Origin: the human T2T-CHM13v2.0 reference genome, Homo sapiens
Length of the DNA: 64,000 bases
Direction: 5' to 3' (one strand)
Assembly: GCF_009914755.1 (NCBI RefSeq)
Contig: NC_060929.1
In this document: piece by piece, positions 40,695 through 54,079 of the stretch
Layout of the letters: each line of letters begins with the position of its first letter
Position numbering within the stretch: the stretch's first letter is position 1
The notes under the pieces: model-generated
What the model was told of the DNA's origin: nothing
Databases searched by the model: none
What the model saw: the letters and a program-made list of their open reading frames with translations, nothing else
Translations under genes and position numbers: made by a program

Positions 40695-41105
40695 GTGGCA
40701 GGCGCTGCTCTTTGTCCTCCTCTTTGCATAGTAATAGAATTTGTAGCTGGGCACTAGGCATGACTAAGTGACTTAATTTTGGCCAGTGGGATATGAGAAA
40801 AAATGATGTGTGGAACTTTCTGGATTGTACTTTTACAGGGCAGAAGTGTGTCCTTCCCTTCCCTTTTCCCACTTCCCACTGGCTGGGTTGTGATTGTGGT
40901 GGCAGGAGATTAAGCAGTGATAATAAAAGCCATCAGTCAACTGGGCAAAGGAAAATGATAGAAGCAGCTTGGGCCCCTGATGGTGTTGAACCACCATATG
41001 CCTCTGAAGTGCCTACTTGAGTTTTTACAGGAAAAAAAAAAAACTATCCAGCTTAACTCATTATTATTTTGTGTGCTCCTGTTGTAGCCATTGATCACAT
41101 TTCCT
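40695..41105 (+). mobile_element. MLT1J-like LTR inside an old L1M
   Basis: 'ttgtagctgggcac...catgactaag...ttttggccagtgggatatgag'. Confidence 0.7.
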
Positions 41106-41217
41106 AAATAAATACAATACCTTTGCAAAATATGTAAGGACATCCAATATGTCTGCATGTGTTTCAAATTTTAAATGGTATTGTTCTGCTTCTCAGGCTT
41201 TTCACTCAGCACTCTTT

Positions 41218-41765
41218 ATCCCGTTACTGGGTATATACCCAAAGGATTATAAATCATGCTGCTATAAAGACACATGCACATGTATGTTTACTGCAGCACT
41301 ATTCACAATAGCAAAGACTTGGAACCAACCTAAATGTCCAACAATGATAGACTGGATTAAGAAAATGTGGCACATATATACCATGGAATACTATGTAGCC
41401 ATAAAAAAGGATGAGTTCATGTCCTTTGTAGGGACCTGGATGAAGCTGGAAACCATCATTCTCAGCAAACTATTGCAAGGACAAAAAACCAAACACCGCA
41501 TGTTCTCACTCACAGGTGGGAACTGAACAATGAGAACACTTGGACACAGGAAGGGGAACATCACACACCGGGGCCTGTCGTGGGGTGGGGGGAGGGGGGA
41601 GGGATAGCATTAGGAGATATACCTAATGTTAAATGACGAGTTGATGGGTGCGGCACAGAAACATGGCACATGTATACATATGTAACTAACCTGCATGTTG
41701 TGCACATGTACCCTAAAGCTTAAAGTATAATAAAAATAAATAAATAAACAAATAATTTTAAAAAA
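41218..41765 (+). mobile_element. Young L1PA (about PA3-4), 5'-truncated: ORF2 C-terminus plus 3'UTR
   Basis: Translates to IPLLGIYPKDYKSCCYKDTCT...HRMFSLTGGN*, the L1 ORF2p C-terminus; G-rich 3'UTR; A-rich tail. Confidence 0.97.
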
Positions 41766-41769
41766 TCTC

Positions 41770-42250
41770 TTTTCTGTGTCACGCATGTCTAGTTGTTGCT
41801 TCTGACAGCTGCAGAGCAGATCATTATGTGCATCTACTACACTTTTCTTACACAATCCCCTAGTGATAGACACCTATCGCTTCCAACTTCCCTCTACCAC
41901 AGAAAACACCATGCTAATATCCTTGATGATGTCCCTTATGAACTTTTAAATGAGTTTCTCTTGGGTATGTGTGCAAGAGAATTATTGCTGGTCATAGAGT
42001 ATTGCCACATTTAATTCTAAGTTCTGCCAAATCACTTTTCAGAATGGTTGTACCAGACTGCACCTCTGTTGGCAATGCCTGAGAGCTCCTGTTTCTCAAC
42101 ATCCTTGCCTGTGCTGTGTATTATGGACGTTTCTAATTTTTGCCAATCTCAAGCGACTCATTTTTGTTTGCCGTTCTGTGATTATTTGTGTTTGTGTAAC
42201 TGTTCATATACTTGTTAACCATTTGAGTTTACCCTTCTGTGAATCCCCTC
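41770..42250 (-). mobile_element. Old L1M remnant
   Basis: 'ctgccaaatcacttttcagaatggttgtacca...tttctaatttttgccaatct'. Confidence 0.7.
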
Positions 42251-43589
42251 TTTTCTGCCCCTTTCCCACTTCCTGGTATCCTCTTGAGATTAATTCATAT
42301 TGCTTTTAGTCACTTCCATCCCTGATCTTTCAAGGCAGATATCTTTTGTACCTTATTCATAAAGACACTGTAGCCATTTGATATCAGTTCCCACATTAGT
42401 CTGCAACTCATATCCAATTCCCATGTGGATGTATACCCTCACCCCAAGCCTAGTCATGCCCCTGACATTTCCAGTGTCACTGAGCTGCCAAGTGTCCTCA
42501 GCCTACAACCACTCCACTGGTGATTCACCTCCCCTTCTCTCCATATTTTAGTCCTCAAGTCTGAATGTGGCCATAAGATGTCAACATGATTCCTTTCCTG
42601 TGTCCGTCTTTGCCTTCTCTGCAGTTAAGGAGCAGGGGGTAACAGGACAGGGTTTGAATTGTGCAGCCAGAGGCTAACACTCAAGACTTCAACATTTAGA
42701 AATGGAAACTTAAATGAAAAACTCTTACAGTCCCTCCTGATTCTAAAATGTCTGACTCTTCAGAGTACATGTGGGAACTGACAGAGCTTTTTGTTTTCGA
42801 ACCAAGAGGTTTCCATTGGAATACCTTAGACAGAGTCTAAGGAAGATGTCAGCCTCTGAAAATCAGTGCAAAAAAATTTCACGCAGCTAAACAGAGGGAA
42901 ATCTTTTGAGAGCAACACTGACTAACACATCAGGTAGGAAATAAAGCTGGTTTCCCTCTTAGAATAGAAAGAGGAAGAATGTACTACTACTAGAGACCCC
43001 TGAGATTGACCAGGGACATAAACGGGAGGGTCCTTTATGACATAATGGTCTCTTCACTATCACTTAGGGCCCCGATCACAGTTCACTGATTAAACCACTC
43101 TCACTCTGGCAGTCAATGCTCTCAATGTCTTAACCTTTTATTCTCATGCTACTCCTGCATAAGAAAACTCCAACCCTGGATTGGTTCAGCCGTCCTCTTT
43201 CTCTACTCCCATAGAGACATACTCCAGCTGAGTACTTCTGGCAAAGGTCATACAATGGTGCTGATTGAGACTCTTGACTAATCCACGGTCCCTGACCTTA
43301 GCTGGGTTTTCAACACTGCTTGGCAACCTTCTCATGGCAAACAGTGCTCACGTACCAGGGTGGCTCTTCAGACTTCCTCTCTCTCTTATGTTACTTTCCT
43401 CAAGTTTACTTCTTCCTTCACTGTCCACTCTCCACACATCTTAGCCTATTTGACAGAAGATGGTGGATGGGATGACTTATTCAACTTCATGGCCCCCAAA
43501 CTTTGACTTATTTGGATCTCTTTCGCTTAATCTTTCTGTATAGCAGTGTCTATTGGTTTCTCCTGCTAAATGTCTCTACCTTTGCTGGT

Positions 43590-44297
43590 GATTCTCAACT
43601 GGATCAGACCCAGTGACCTTTTTTTAATAAAAAAAAATATATATTTTGTAACGCGCTTCCTCTTGACTATTGAGAAATTAATATAACCCACCCAGAAATA
43701 TAATTAATTTTAGTTAATGCTGTGAATATAAAATAAAGGGGGAAATAATGTGTATTTCAATATGTGCTCAGTGCTTAGGCATTGCCAGAATACATAATTC
43801 AGTAGACAAATGCTTGCACTTACTGTAGACTCACTATGTGACAGTTATGAATGTGTAAACTGATACAGGTGCTCAGTATTAGAACTCAAAAAATAGAAGC
43901 AAAAATACCCTCCCAAAACAACAAACAACCCTTGCTAAAACTCCCAGCAAAACACTGTACAATCTTTCCCTGATTGACACAGTGGCAGCATCCTTGGAAA
44001 ATGTAGTCTACATTAATTCTGTATAAAAACTACATTTTGTTTATATGAAAAACAGAGTTAATTTCTAAACTCACATAATTCTAAATAGGTGTTCACCTTC
44101 CTGACTTCCTAGGGGACCATTTGAGAACTGTTCTAAATGTAGAACTATTCTTCATTATGCTACCCATTGTAAGACATAACACAGCCTTGGACTCTTCTCT
44201 TAAGACACCCAAATCACTGTGACAACCCCAACTGTCCCACACATCTCCAAAATGCCCCCTGGAGAGAGCTGCCACCTTTGTGTAGAAAACTACTGGT
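43590..44297. mobile_element. hAT-Charlie / MER20B-like remnant
   Basis: 'tgattctcaactggatcagaccc' ... 'cacacatctccaaaatgccccctggagag...agaaaactactg'. Confidence 0.55.
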
Positions 44298-44399
44298 CTG
44301 TTCTGGATCTGTCTTCAGTGACTTTGTTTGGTCAGTTCTCCGTTTGTCTCATCCTTCCACCTCACCTTCTCTACTCGTCATTTGTCCTGAATTCTATCT

Positions 44400-45468
44400 C
44401 AGAATTAAATCGAAACAAAACACCATGACCCCCATAACACTAGATACTCCTCTTGCTAGTGCACAATCTCCCTCCTCCTCTTCCTGGTGTTTCTTCCCTC
44501 TGCCTCCCATTCACTCCCTAACCCACTGTTACCTCTCTTTGGCTCCTACCATGCCATTGAAATTATTCTTGAGTGGTTTACATGTGATCTCTTAGTTCCT
44601 GATTTTTCTTCTTTCCAGTTGGCTGTTTTTGTTTCCTTATTCCTCCACAGATCCCTTATGTTTGCCCATCTTTTAAGTAAATACCTCCACCAATATCAAC
44701 ACGTTAATGGATGGCATAGCCAGCCACCCAGTTGTCCAATCAGAAACCAGGGAATCATCCCCCAGCACGCAGCCAGACATGAACTTCTATTGCTTCTCCT
44801 TGCGTAACATCTCTTAAGTCTTTTCTCTTTTCTCTACCTCTGTTAGTCCTGTATCTCTCACCTAGATTACTACAAAAAATTCCTCTTTCCCACCCTCTTC
44901 ATACTATTCATCAATCCTTGTCACTGTCTTTGAAAAAACTTTCAGTTGCTATTGAATGGCTTCAGGACAAAATTGAAACATCTGGGCACAGCAGAAACAA
45001 TCCTTCTAATCTGACATCACTCCTATTTGCCCAGCTTCATGGCTTGTCAATTTAGTCCTCTGCAAACAAATCTGGCCATGATGAATTACTGGTTGTCTCT
45101 CCAATGCACCAGGCTCTCTTACGCTCCTTAGTATTTGCATGTGCTGTTTCTTCCTGGATTGCTACCCCACCCTTCATCTGCTTCTTCTGTTCAAGTTTCA
45201 CGACATAGCTCAGACAACCACTCCTCCAAAAAGACTTCTTTGAACTACCTGTCCCCAAACTGCAGCAAAGTCGGGTGACCATCCTTTGGTTGTCCTACCA
45301 GTGTCTGTCAGAGCATTTAACACAATGCATTGCTTGTCTGGCATCTCCCCGGACAATGGGGAGGGAGATTCTCTGCTGTTTCTTATCTCTGCAATACCAG
45401 TGTCTAGTACACTGACTAGTGCTCAATAGAAGTTTGTGAAATAAATAAATAAGTAAACAAACAAATGG
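44400..45468 (+). mobile_element. L2 remnant with 3' end
   Basis: 'tctctcacctagattactac', 'tttgcatgtgctgtttcttcctgga', ends 'gtgctcaatagaagtttgtgaaataaataaat'. Confidence 0.8.
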
Positions 45469-45777
45469 ACAGGTTAAGAGTGCAGCTGATACCCACAAAC
45501 CATGGCCAGTAACCCAAGAACTACTCCAGCAACTTGCTGGCTCAAACGAAAAACAATCATAAGAAAATTAAAAAGTTCTCTATTTGTCAGTCATCAACTC
45601 CACCATAAATCCTTGTCAGTCCCCAAAGGCTGTAGTGATTAGTTAAATGTTCTGCAGGATAAATGTTCACACCAAAACCACAGGTAGACCTTCTCCATTT
45701 TGCATAATAAGACAAGGAGAGACTTGTATAAGGACAGGAAAAGGTCCAGCCTAGTAAACACAGGAGATTCTGCAGGA

Positions 45778-46114
<337 letters not shown>

Positions 46115-46123
46115 CTACATTAA

Positions 46124-46318
<195 letters not shown>

Positions 46319-46781
46319 AGGGACATGTTTTCACAACAGTGGGGACCTTGCTTGCTCACCTCTGTATTTGCCACAACTAAAATCATGCCTGGTATATTAT
46401 AAGCACTAAACAAATATTTGATGAATTATTAAGTCAATCCTTGATTGGTAAGACAATGAAGTGTTAACAGTGGTTGTGCTGGGTGTGCTAGACTTTTTTT
46501 CTCTTGACTTTTTATGCTTTTTGGTTTTATCCAAACTTTTAAAAATGAACATGTATTCCTTATTAATTACTTTTATTATCAGAAATATTTCATGGAAGCA
46601 AAAGAAAGCAATTATGCAATGTGATCCTGTGGTAGTGTGGGTGGTGGGGGTGGTGATACTAGTGTAGAATCAAGCGCTACCTACCCATTATTTCTTTATG
46701 CCTATCAGGTGAAGGAGTGCCTTACACACAGCAGTTAAGAATAAAAGGCCATCACAGACTCCAAAGCTTGATCTGTGATAT

Positions 46782-46830
46782 CTCTGTTCCTCTCTCTATT
46801 TCTCTCTCTCCTCTCTCTCTCTCTCTCCCC
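46782..46830. repeat. (CT)n tract
   Basis: Imperfect CT dinucleotide run. Confidence 0.85.
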
Positions 46831-48022
46831 CTCCCAGCCCCACCCATTCCTCTGTCTTTCACATAGAACAAAGAACTGCGTGGGCTGCATGTGAAGAGGG
46901 TGCAGAGACAGAAAAATAATAGGGGTTTTCCATGCCTTCACAAAACTGTGGGAATCAGTTCTTTACAAATCAAATGAAAAGCTATTTAAAAGCCAAGTCA
47001 TATTATGAACCGTGCACTGGGACGGATCTCTTAGGATCTTTCTAGTGTGTACAAATCAAGTACTCCCATAAGTCCCTGCATAGCCTGAGAATCCCCCAGT
47101 GCGGTGGCATTAAACCAGATTTAAAGGTTCCGGAGTTCTGATAACATCACTCACTTCCTCCCCCAGCCTCCTCCAAACAACAGTATCATCAAATACTTCA
47201 TACTATTGCCAATGAAAAGACAATCACCAAGGGTAACTAATACTAAACAAGAGCAAATGGAGCCACAAATTAAAGGGCACGGGAAATGGAGGAAAATAAA
47301 TGCTTTCAGCTGGAGTTTGAGAGAAACTGGAGCTGATGGTCAAATGAGTCAGAGAGAGAAAGAGGGAGAAAGCCAAATCCTAAGGGAAGTTACCAGACCA
47401 ACAAGCCTGTCTACAAATGGACTGTTCACATTTAGGTATAAACTCAAAGTCATTTCAACCCATTCAGATCCTTTGATTTCGCCTTCCAAGAAGCCAACAA
47501 TAATGACATCATTGTCCAAGGTAAAGTCCCTCAGGAGGCAGGAAGAAGAATCCCACCATTCACAGATACATGGTGCTTACCCCAAATATAACATGCTTGC
47601 CCATCTATTCAAGAAACACAGTTATTTGTGCCTCTTATGTCACCAGTGCTATCACTTTCTGCCATTAGATTCAAAGTATGCTTATTATTAAACACGTATA
47701 AATTTTCTACCATCTAGATTCCTGAGCCATCTTATTCCACTCCAAAATCACTGAATTTACCCACATCCCTGCCCATGATCAAATCCAAATCCCATTTCCA
47801 TACTGTTGTTTTTTTTGGTTTCTGCCCAGATTTGTCATCCATAACACACTATTTTATTATCCAATCGACATGGAAATCCAGAATACGATTCCCTCTCTTT
47901 GTTCTTTCCTCCTCACCTCTCTAGCCACTTCTCTAGGGTCTTGACACAAAAGATGGTCAAGAAACACTGTGGAGTTGATTAAAAACTGTCATTTTGCTGA
48001 TTCTTTTCCCATTAACTTTTAG

Positions 48023-48390
<368 letters not shown>

Positions 48391-48633
48391 TAATAGAGCA
48401 AATCCTAAATATTATAGAACTCTCATGGTTTTAATTATCAACTCTATAATTGAGAATGGCAAATTAGTTTATCTAGCCTTGCATTTTTATCTGCCTCCAG
48501 TGTCTCCCAGCCCGAGGCACTTGCACTGAGCATCCTTTTTATAAGGTAAGCTAATATGCAAAATTCTGTAGCCCTCCTGCAACAGGAATGCATCACTCTT
48601 CTTCCAGTAGACTCTGGGACAATATTACATATA

Positions 48634-48919
48634 TTTTTTTTTTTTTTTCTGAGATGGAGTCTTGTTCTGTTGCCCAGGCTGGAGTGCAGTGCCGAGATCT
48701 TGGCTCACTGCAAGCTCCGCCTCCCAGGTTCACGCCATTCTCCTGCCTCAGCCTCCCGAGCAGCTGAGACTACAGGCACCCGCTAATTTTTTTGTATTTT
48801 AAGTAGAGACGGGGTTTCACCGTGTTGGCCAGGATGGTCTCGATATCCTGACCTCATGATCTGCCCGCCTCAGCCTCCCAAAGTGCTGGGATTATAGGCG
48901 TGAGCCACCGCTCCCGGCC
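48634..48919 (-). mobile_element. AluY with ~12-bp internal deletion
   Basis: 'gcaagctccgcc', 'cacgccattctcc'; 'ggcacccgctaatt' lacks the caccacgcccgg segment. Confidence 0.93.
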
Positions 48920-49087
48920 TACATATCTTTTAAGCAAGAAGCAACAGAAGAAGTTATCAGATTACACCCGGCCAAATCTTGACAATTCTGCATGTAACAC
49001 CAATCTCATCGTCCAGCCCTTTCCCCCATTTTCTCTTCTACTTCTGGCCTTAGTTGCTCTGTGGGTTAGACCCCTGCTGATCTTGCC

Positions 49088-49390
49088 TTTTATTTATTTA
49101 TTTAGTTTTTTGAGACAGGGTCTCACACTCTGTCACCCAGGCTGGAGTGCAGTGGCGTGATCATGGCTCACTGCAGCCTTGATCTCCCTAGCTGGATAGA
49201 TCCTCCTACCTCAGCCTCCTGAGTAGTTGATACTACAGGCAAGTGCCACCATGCCTGGATACTTTTTTAATTTTTTGAGAGATGAGTCTCACTATGTTGC
49301 CCTTGCTGGTCTCAAACTCCTGGGCTCAAGCAATCCTCCAGCCTCGGCCTCTCTAAGTGCTGGGATTACAGGCATAAGCTGCCTGACCTG
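49088..49390 (-). mobile_element. AluJ
   Basis: 'gatcatggctcactgcagcct', 'ctcctgggctcaagcaatcctcc'. Confidence 0.93.
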
Positions 49391-49599
49391 ATCTCACCCC
49401 TGACCACAGCATTAGTCTTCCTGCTTTGCTTTGAGTATCCTGCCTCCTCCAAATAACCTAAAATAGTTACTATCTGGTTCCTTACAGAAAACGTGTGCCT
49501 AGTATGAATGCACATGTGTTATCCGAAAGGGGTAAAACGGTGGGCCATTGGCAAGTACTCACAGTTTTAACACGAAGGAATCACATCGTAATGGAGTAG

Positions 49600-50565
49600 G
49601 GTACAGGAGGATGGCGTGCTCAGGCACTAGGGGGATGCCGGAGCAGGGCGTGCAGGCACTGGCTGTGATAGGCAGAGCCAAGATGATCCCCAGGTTCCCA
49701 GAAAAATGATTTGGTTGTGGGAGGCAGCAGCCATAGGGCAGCCCTTCTACTGGGGGTGGGGGCGGGGGCGGGAGCAGGGGAAGGGGAGGGGCGGGGGCGG
49801 GAGCGGGGGGGGCGGGGGGGCGGGAGCGGGGGGGGGGGCGGGGGCGGGGGCGGGCTTGCTTTCAGTGGCAGCTGCCATAAATAGGCAGCTAGGGCGCGCT
49901 CGCTTCAGCCCAATTGCTAACTACAAGTAGGGTAGTCTGTCCTCAGAGTGCTTGTAAATGCATGGCAGGACTGCTACTGGGCCACCTGGGTCCCTGTCAA
50001 TGACTTGTGCTTCAGCCTTGGAGGCAGCAGCACCCCGATTTCAGCAGAGGATGTCTGTGGGGCTCCAGGTATGCGGAGTTGCAGGGGTTGCTGGGCCTCA
50101 GGGCAGGATGTAGTCTGCTGGGGACTGGGCTCTCAAAATGGCGTCTTGCTGTGGCTGCTTAGGGCTCAGGGGATGTGTGGGACCTAGCGTGAGTTTCCCC
50201 CTGGAGCAATGCCATCTGTGATCTCCAGGACGCTCCCTATGTTAGTCACAGGGCTTGTGTGGGTCGAGGGGCTCTCGTAGGGCTGGGATTGCAGTAGTCC
50301 ATGATGGGAATGCAGACCGCTGTGGGTAAGTCATTTACTCTTTCCTCACACTGGGGAGCCTCTCCAGGCTCCCAGCCAGTCCTGGCAGACTGTCTCTCTT
50401 ACCGCTTGCGCTCCTTCCTCACCTCAGGTGTTTTCTGTCACTTCTCCGTTAAATCCAGTGTTCTCTTTTTGGTGGTGTATTAAACGTGTGATTATGCGCT
50501 GTTTCACTTCTTGATGGAGGAGGCAAGGACCAGATGCCTCTAGTTAGCCATCTTGGAGCCCCTCC
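49600..50565 (-). mobile_element. Isolated L1 5'UTR (L1PB/L1MA-type)
   Basis: Minus strand begins GGAGGGGCTCCAAGATGGC, an L1 start with YY1 site; colinear with the L1 5' region at 61950-62600. Confidence 0.82.
49752..49854 (+). repeat. G-rich (GGGGC-like) tract; G-quadruplex / GC-box cluster
   Basis: 103 nt dominated by G runs; 11 intact CpG. Confidence 0.92.
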
Positions 50566-50819
50566 AAGGCCCTACTTGTCAATATCATTACAACAGGGAA
50601 TACGTTTTAATCTAAACTGTGGAGGAAGTGCATTCAAACCATAACATTGTACTTTACAAAATGAATAAATTAATTTGTGGGAAAATGGCCTTTTATCAGA
50701 GTTTGAGATGCGTCCTCTAGAGGAGTCTAGCACCGCTGGGAAATCAGTCCAGAGGCATTTCGACAGTTGGGATATGAAAAAAAGGAAAATTTCCTAAAGA
50801 AGATGTCGATTTCCAATGC

Positions 50820-51290
50820 ATTTAAAAACAACCACAAGAAGAAGCCACTGATTAACAAAGTTATCTAACAATGGCAGTGAGGGAGAGCAACACCTTGACA
50901 GCGTTTTCATGGTGTCTCAGAAGGGGAAAGATTACGGACAGATGTTTATAGGATTTGTGGTCTTGCATCAAATGCTTTGAGGCAGCTCTCTGAAGGCCAG
51001 GATTTATGGGGCTTAGACAAAATTTATTATATAGCAGTTTAGGATTGATGGATACAGCCAAGGTGAGTGTCTTAAAGCTACCTGATTCAGTAAACAGTGG
51101 TTGCTTAAGCAAGCTGTTTCCCCAGGTGAGCAACCTGTTGTCTGAATAAATTGGTTTTCAGGAATTTCCGGAAGGAAACAGCAATTTATTGTTAGACAGA
51201 ATTATTTTCCTGGGCTAGAATTTCCTGGAACAAATAGTCAATTCTTGTTGACGTTTAAGTGGTCTCAGTTTTCAGTATCGATGAGTTAAC
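50820..51290 (-). mobile_element. Old LTR, copy 1 (family unassigned)
   Basis: Colinear with 54080-54605: shared 'gcaacaccttga', 'tctgaataaattggttttcag', 'gaacaaatagt'. Confidence 0.55.
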
Positions 51291-51744
51291 CCACAGGAGG
51301 AAGCGGGAGACTCATTTCTCGGTTCTCTGTGTGATCATTCTTCAGCTGTGATGGAGGATAGCCATTACCATGTGGGGACTTGATCCATTTGAATCTGCAC
51401 TGTACTTTGTGGTGTGATCATGAATCAGGTTTCCTGGTAGGCAATTTTCCTGCTTTTTGTCGGATAGACATTTGGTTGGATGATTTGACAGTGCTATGGC
51501 TGCGCAGCAGCATTTTTAAGACTGAGTTCATGCATTTGAGCGCTGTAACACAGAGTGATGCTACAGTGAGGAGTCATGGTGAGACTTCTATGCCAGGAGC
51601 CAAGAATGTCCAGATTAAAACAAGAGAACAGATCCCATCCCTAATTTGAAGAGCCAGAGTAGCCATACTCAGCGGAGGGGGATTAATATCCAAATTGCCT
51701 AATTTTAGGGTCTCTTTGTTTGCTGCACAATCTTACAAGATTAA

Positions 51745-51848
51745 GCCAGGGTCAGCAAGCAATTGCCAGCAGGCCAAATCTGCTCTCTTACCATCTGTTT
51801 TGTAAATAAAGTTTTATTGGAACATATGGCTATGCTCTGCTGACCCTA
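51745..51848. mobile_element. MER58-like fragment
   Basis: 'ccagggtcagcaa...caggccaaatc...tgttttgtaaataaagttttattggaaca'. Confidence 0.75.
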
Positions 51849-51897
51849 ATGATATTTCTAATTTTTTTTAAGGTGTAAGCTGAAGTTATTAATTTGA

Positions 51898-52222
<325 letters not shown>

Positions 52223-52269
52223 AAGACCTTGTATCCTAATATTAGACTTTCTCTATTTTTAAGCAATTT

Positions 52270-53505
52270 GTTGACCTTCTTGAATCTGTGGTTTTCATAA
52301 ACTTTGGGAGATTTTTGGCCATTATTTTTTCAAATATTTTTTTCCAACATATCCCTCATTTCCTTCAGGGACTGCAATTTACGCATTAGTTTGAAGTTGT
52401 CCCATAACTCACTGACACACTTCTGTTTCTCATTTTGTGTACTTTTTATCTCTCAATTCTTAAAGTCACTAGTCTTCTGAAATTTCCAATTTGCCTTTAA
52501 TTCTACTCAGTGTGTTTTTCATCTCACATAATGTTTTCATCTCTAAAGTTTGATTTTTAGTCTTTTTATATCTTCCATGTTTCTGCTTACCATGTTCAGT
52601 CTTTCCTCTGGCTTCTTGAACATGCGAAGTACAATTACAGTTCTTCTAATGTCTTTGCCGATTCTATCATCTTTGTCATTTCTGGGTTAGTTTCAAATGA
52701 CTGATTTTTCTCTTCATTATGGGTCATATTTTTGTGGACAGTTTTTGGATCCTTTTGTATTTCTATAAATACTTTTGAACTTTGTTCTGGAACACACTTA
52801 AAATTACTTGCAAATAGTTTGACCCTTTATCTTAATTTTGTGCTTTGTTAGATGGTATTTCTATAAATATTCTTGAACTTTATTTTGAAACTCAGTTACT
52901 TATAAACAGTTTGATTCTTTTGGGTCTTATTTTGAGTTTCATTATGTGGTATCAGAGTAGTATTTAGTCTAAGTTCTATGTTACTGCATGACTGAAGCAA
53001 AAATTCTTCCAAGTATGCTACTCAATGCCCATTTCCTATAGAAACAGGAATGATTCTGAGCCCTGGATTCTATACCCCGTAATCATTCCAGCTGATTCTT
53101 TCCCCAGTCATGGGTAGTTTCCTCACATGCATATGCTGACTCATGCTCAGCTGAAGACCCTGTACAGATCCCCAGTGTTCTCTCTGCACAGCTGTCTCCT
53201 TTCCCATATCTTTCCTTGCAAACTCTACTCACTTTGCCCTCCCCAGACTCCACTTAGGGAGATGGCAGGGTTCCATCTGGGTTTTCCCTTTCTGTACCAC
53301 AGTCTTGATACTCACTCCAGACAGTAAGCTGTGGCGAACATAAGATTCATCTTGTTTCTTGTTTCTCTTGGATCACTATTCTTCATTGCCTGATGTCTTG
53401 AAAAATCTTTTTATTTTTCAATATTGTGTCTGTTTTTTTCCACTGGTTTACTGGAGAGTAAATCTGGTCCCTGTTTCTTCATTTTGGCCAGAAGCAGAAA
53501 TCTAT
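52270..53505 (-). mobile_element. Old L1M 5'/ORF1-proximal remnant
   Basis: 'tcttgaatctgtgg...ttggccattatttttcaaatatt', ending 'ttggccagaagcagaa'. Confidence 0.75.
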
Positions 53506-54079
53506 TCATAGTATTTTTTCAAAAAGCTTCTCTGGTGGTTTTTATTCACACCCTCAATATACAACTGCTGCTATAAATTTTCTGTAAGATATTAGTAAGT
53601 GACCCAGAGCAAAGTTTATTCTATAAGAATGCCAGTTTGATGAGACCCGCTGATATTATTGTATCTTTGAGCCAGTTTGAGGACAAAATTGCCAGGTCTA
53701 CGGCTGTCTTCTTCCCTGTGAGCTTCTTCTCATAGACTCACAACAAATAGGATAAAAGACAAAAAGAGTAATGTTACTAGTAATAAAACATTTCCACAAA
53801 GAATAAACATTTTCAAATCTGATCAGATAATCCAGGAATTTCTTAAAAGTTTCTTATTTCTAGGAAGAAAAATAAACAATTTAAGAGCTTTATGGAAAGG
53901 ACACCGGGACTCAAATCCAATGAGAGACTTACCTTAACACTGCAGTGGGGGAGGCTTCCAAATGGCAAACTTCAGAAGAACGCACTGTTTAGGGCTAAGG
54001 TTCTTAAACTGCAGGAGCAGAAATTATTGAGTGAATCCTACTGAGGCCCCAGAACTGTTGATTGCTGACTTTCAAAGAA

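Noticed and set aside
41149-41526. 125-aa ORF as a protein-coding gene
   Set aside because: C-terminal fragment of L1 ORF2p in a 5'-truncated copy
47206-47691. 161-aa ORF, the longest in the track
   Set aside because: No recognisable domain or codon signal; ORFs of this length occur by chance in 64 kb
48770-48790. 12-bp Alu deletion as an AluYd diagnostic
   Set aside because: The Yd deletion lies in the left monomer; this one is at the start of the right monomer and is bounded by microhomology
49875-49885. CArG box (SRF site)
   Set aside because: CCATAAATAGG has 7 A/T between CC and GG, not 6
49706-49930. Gly-rich 74-aa ORF
   Set aside because: Translation of the G tract; no evidence of coding
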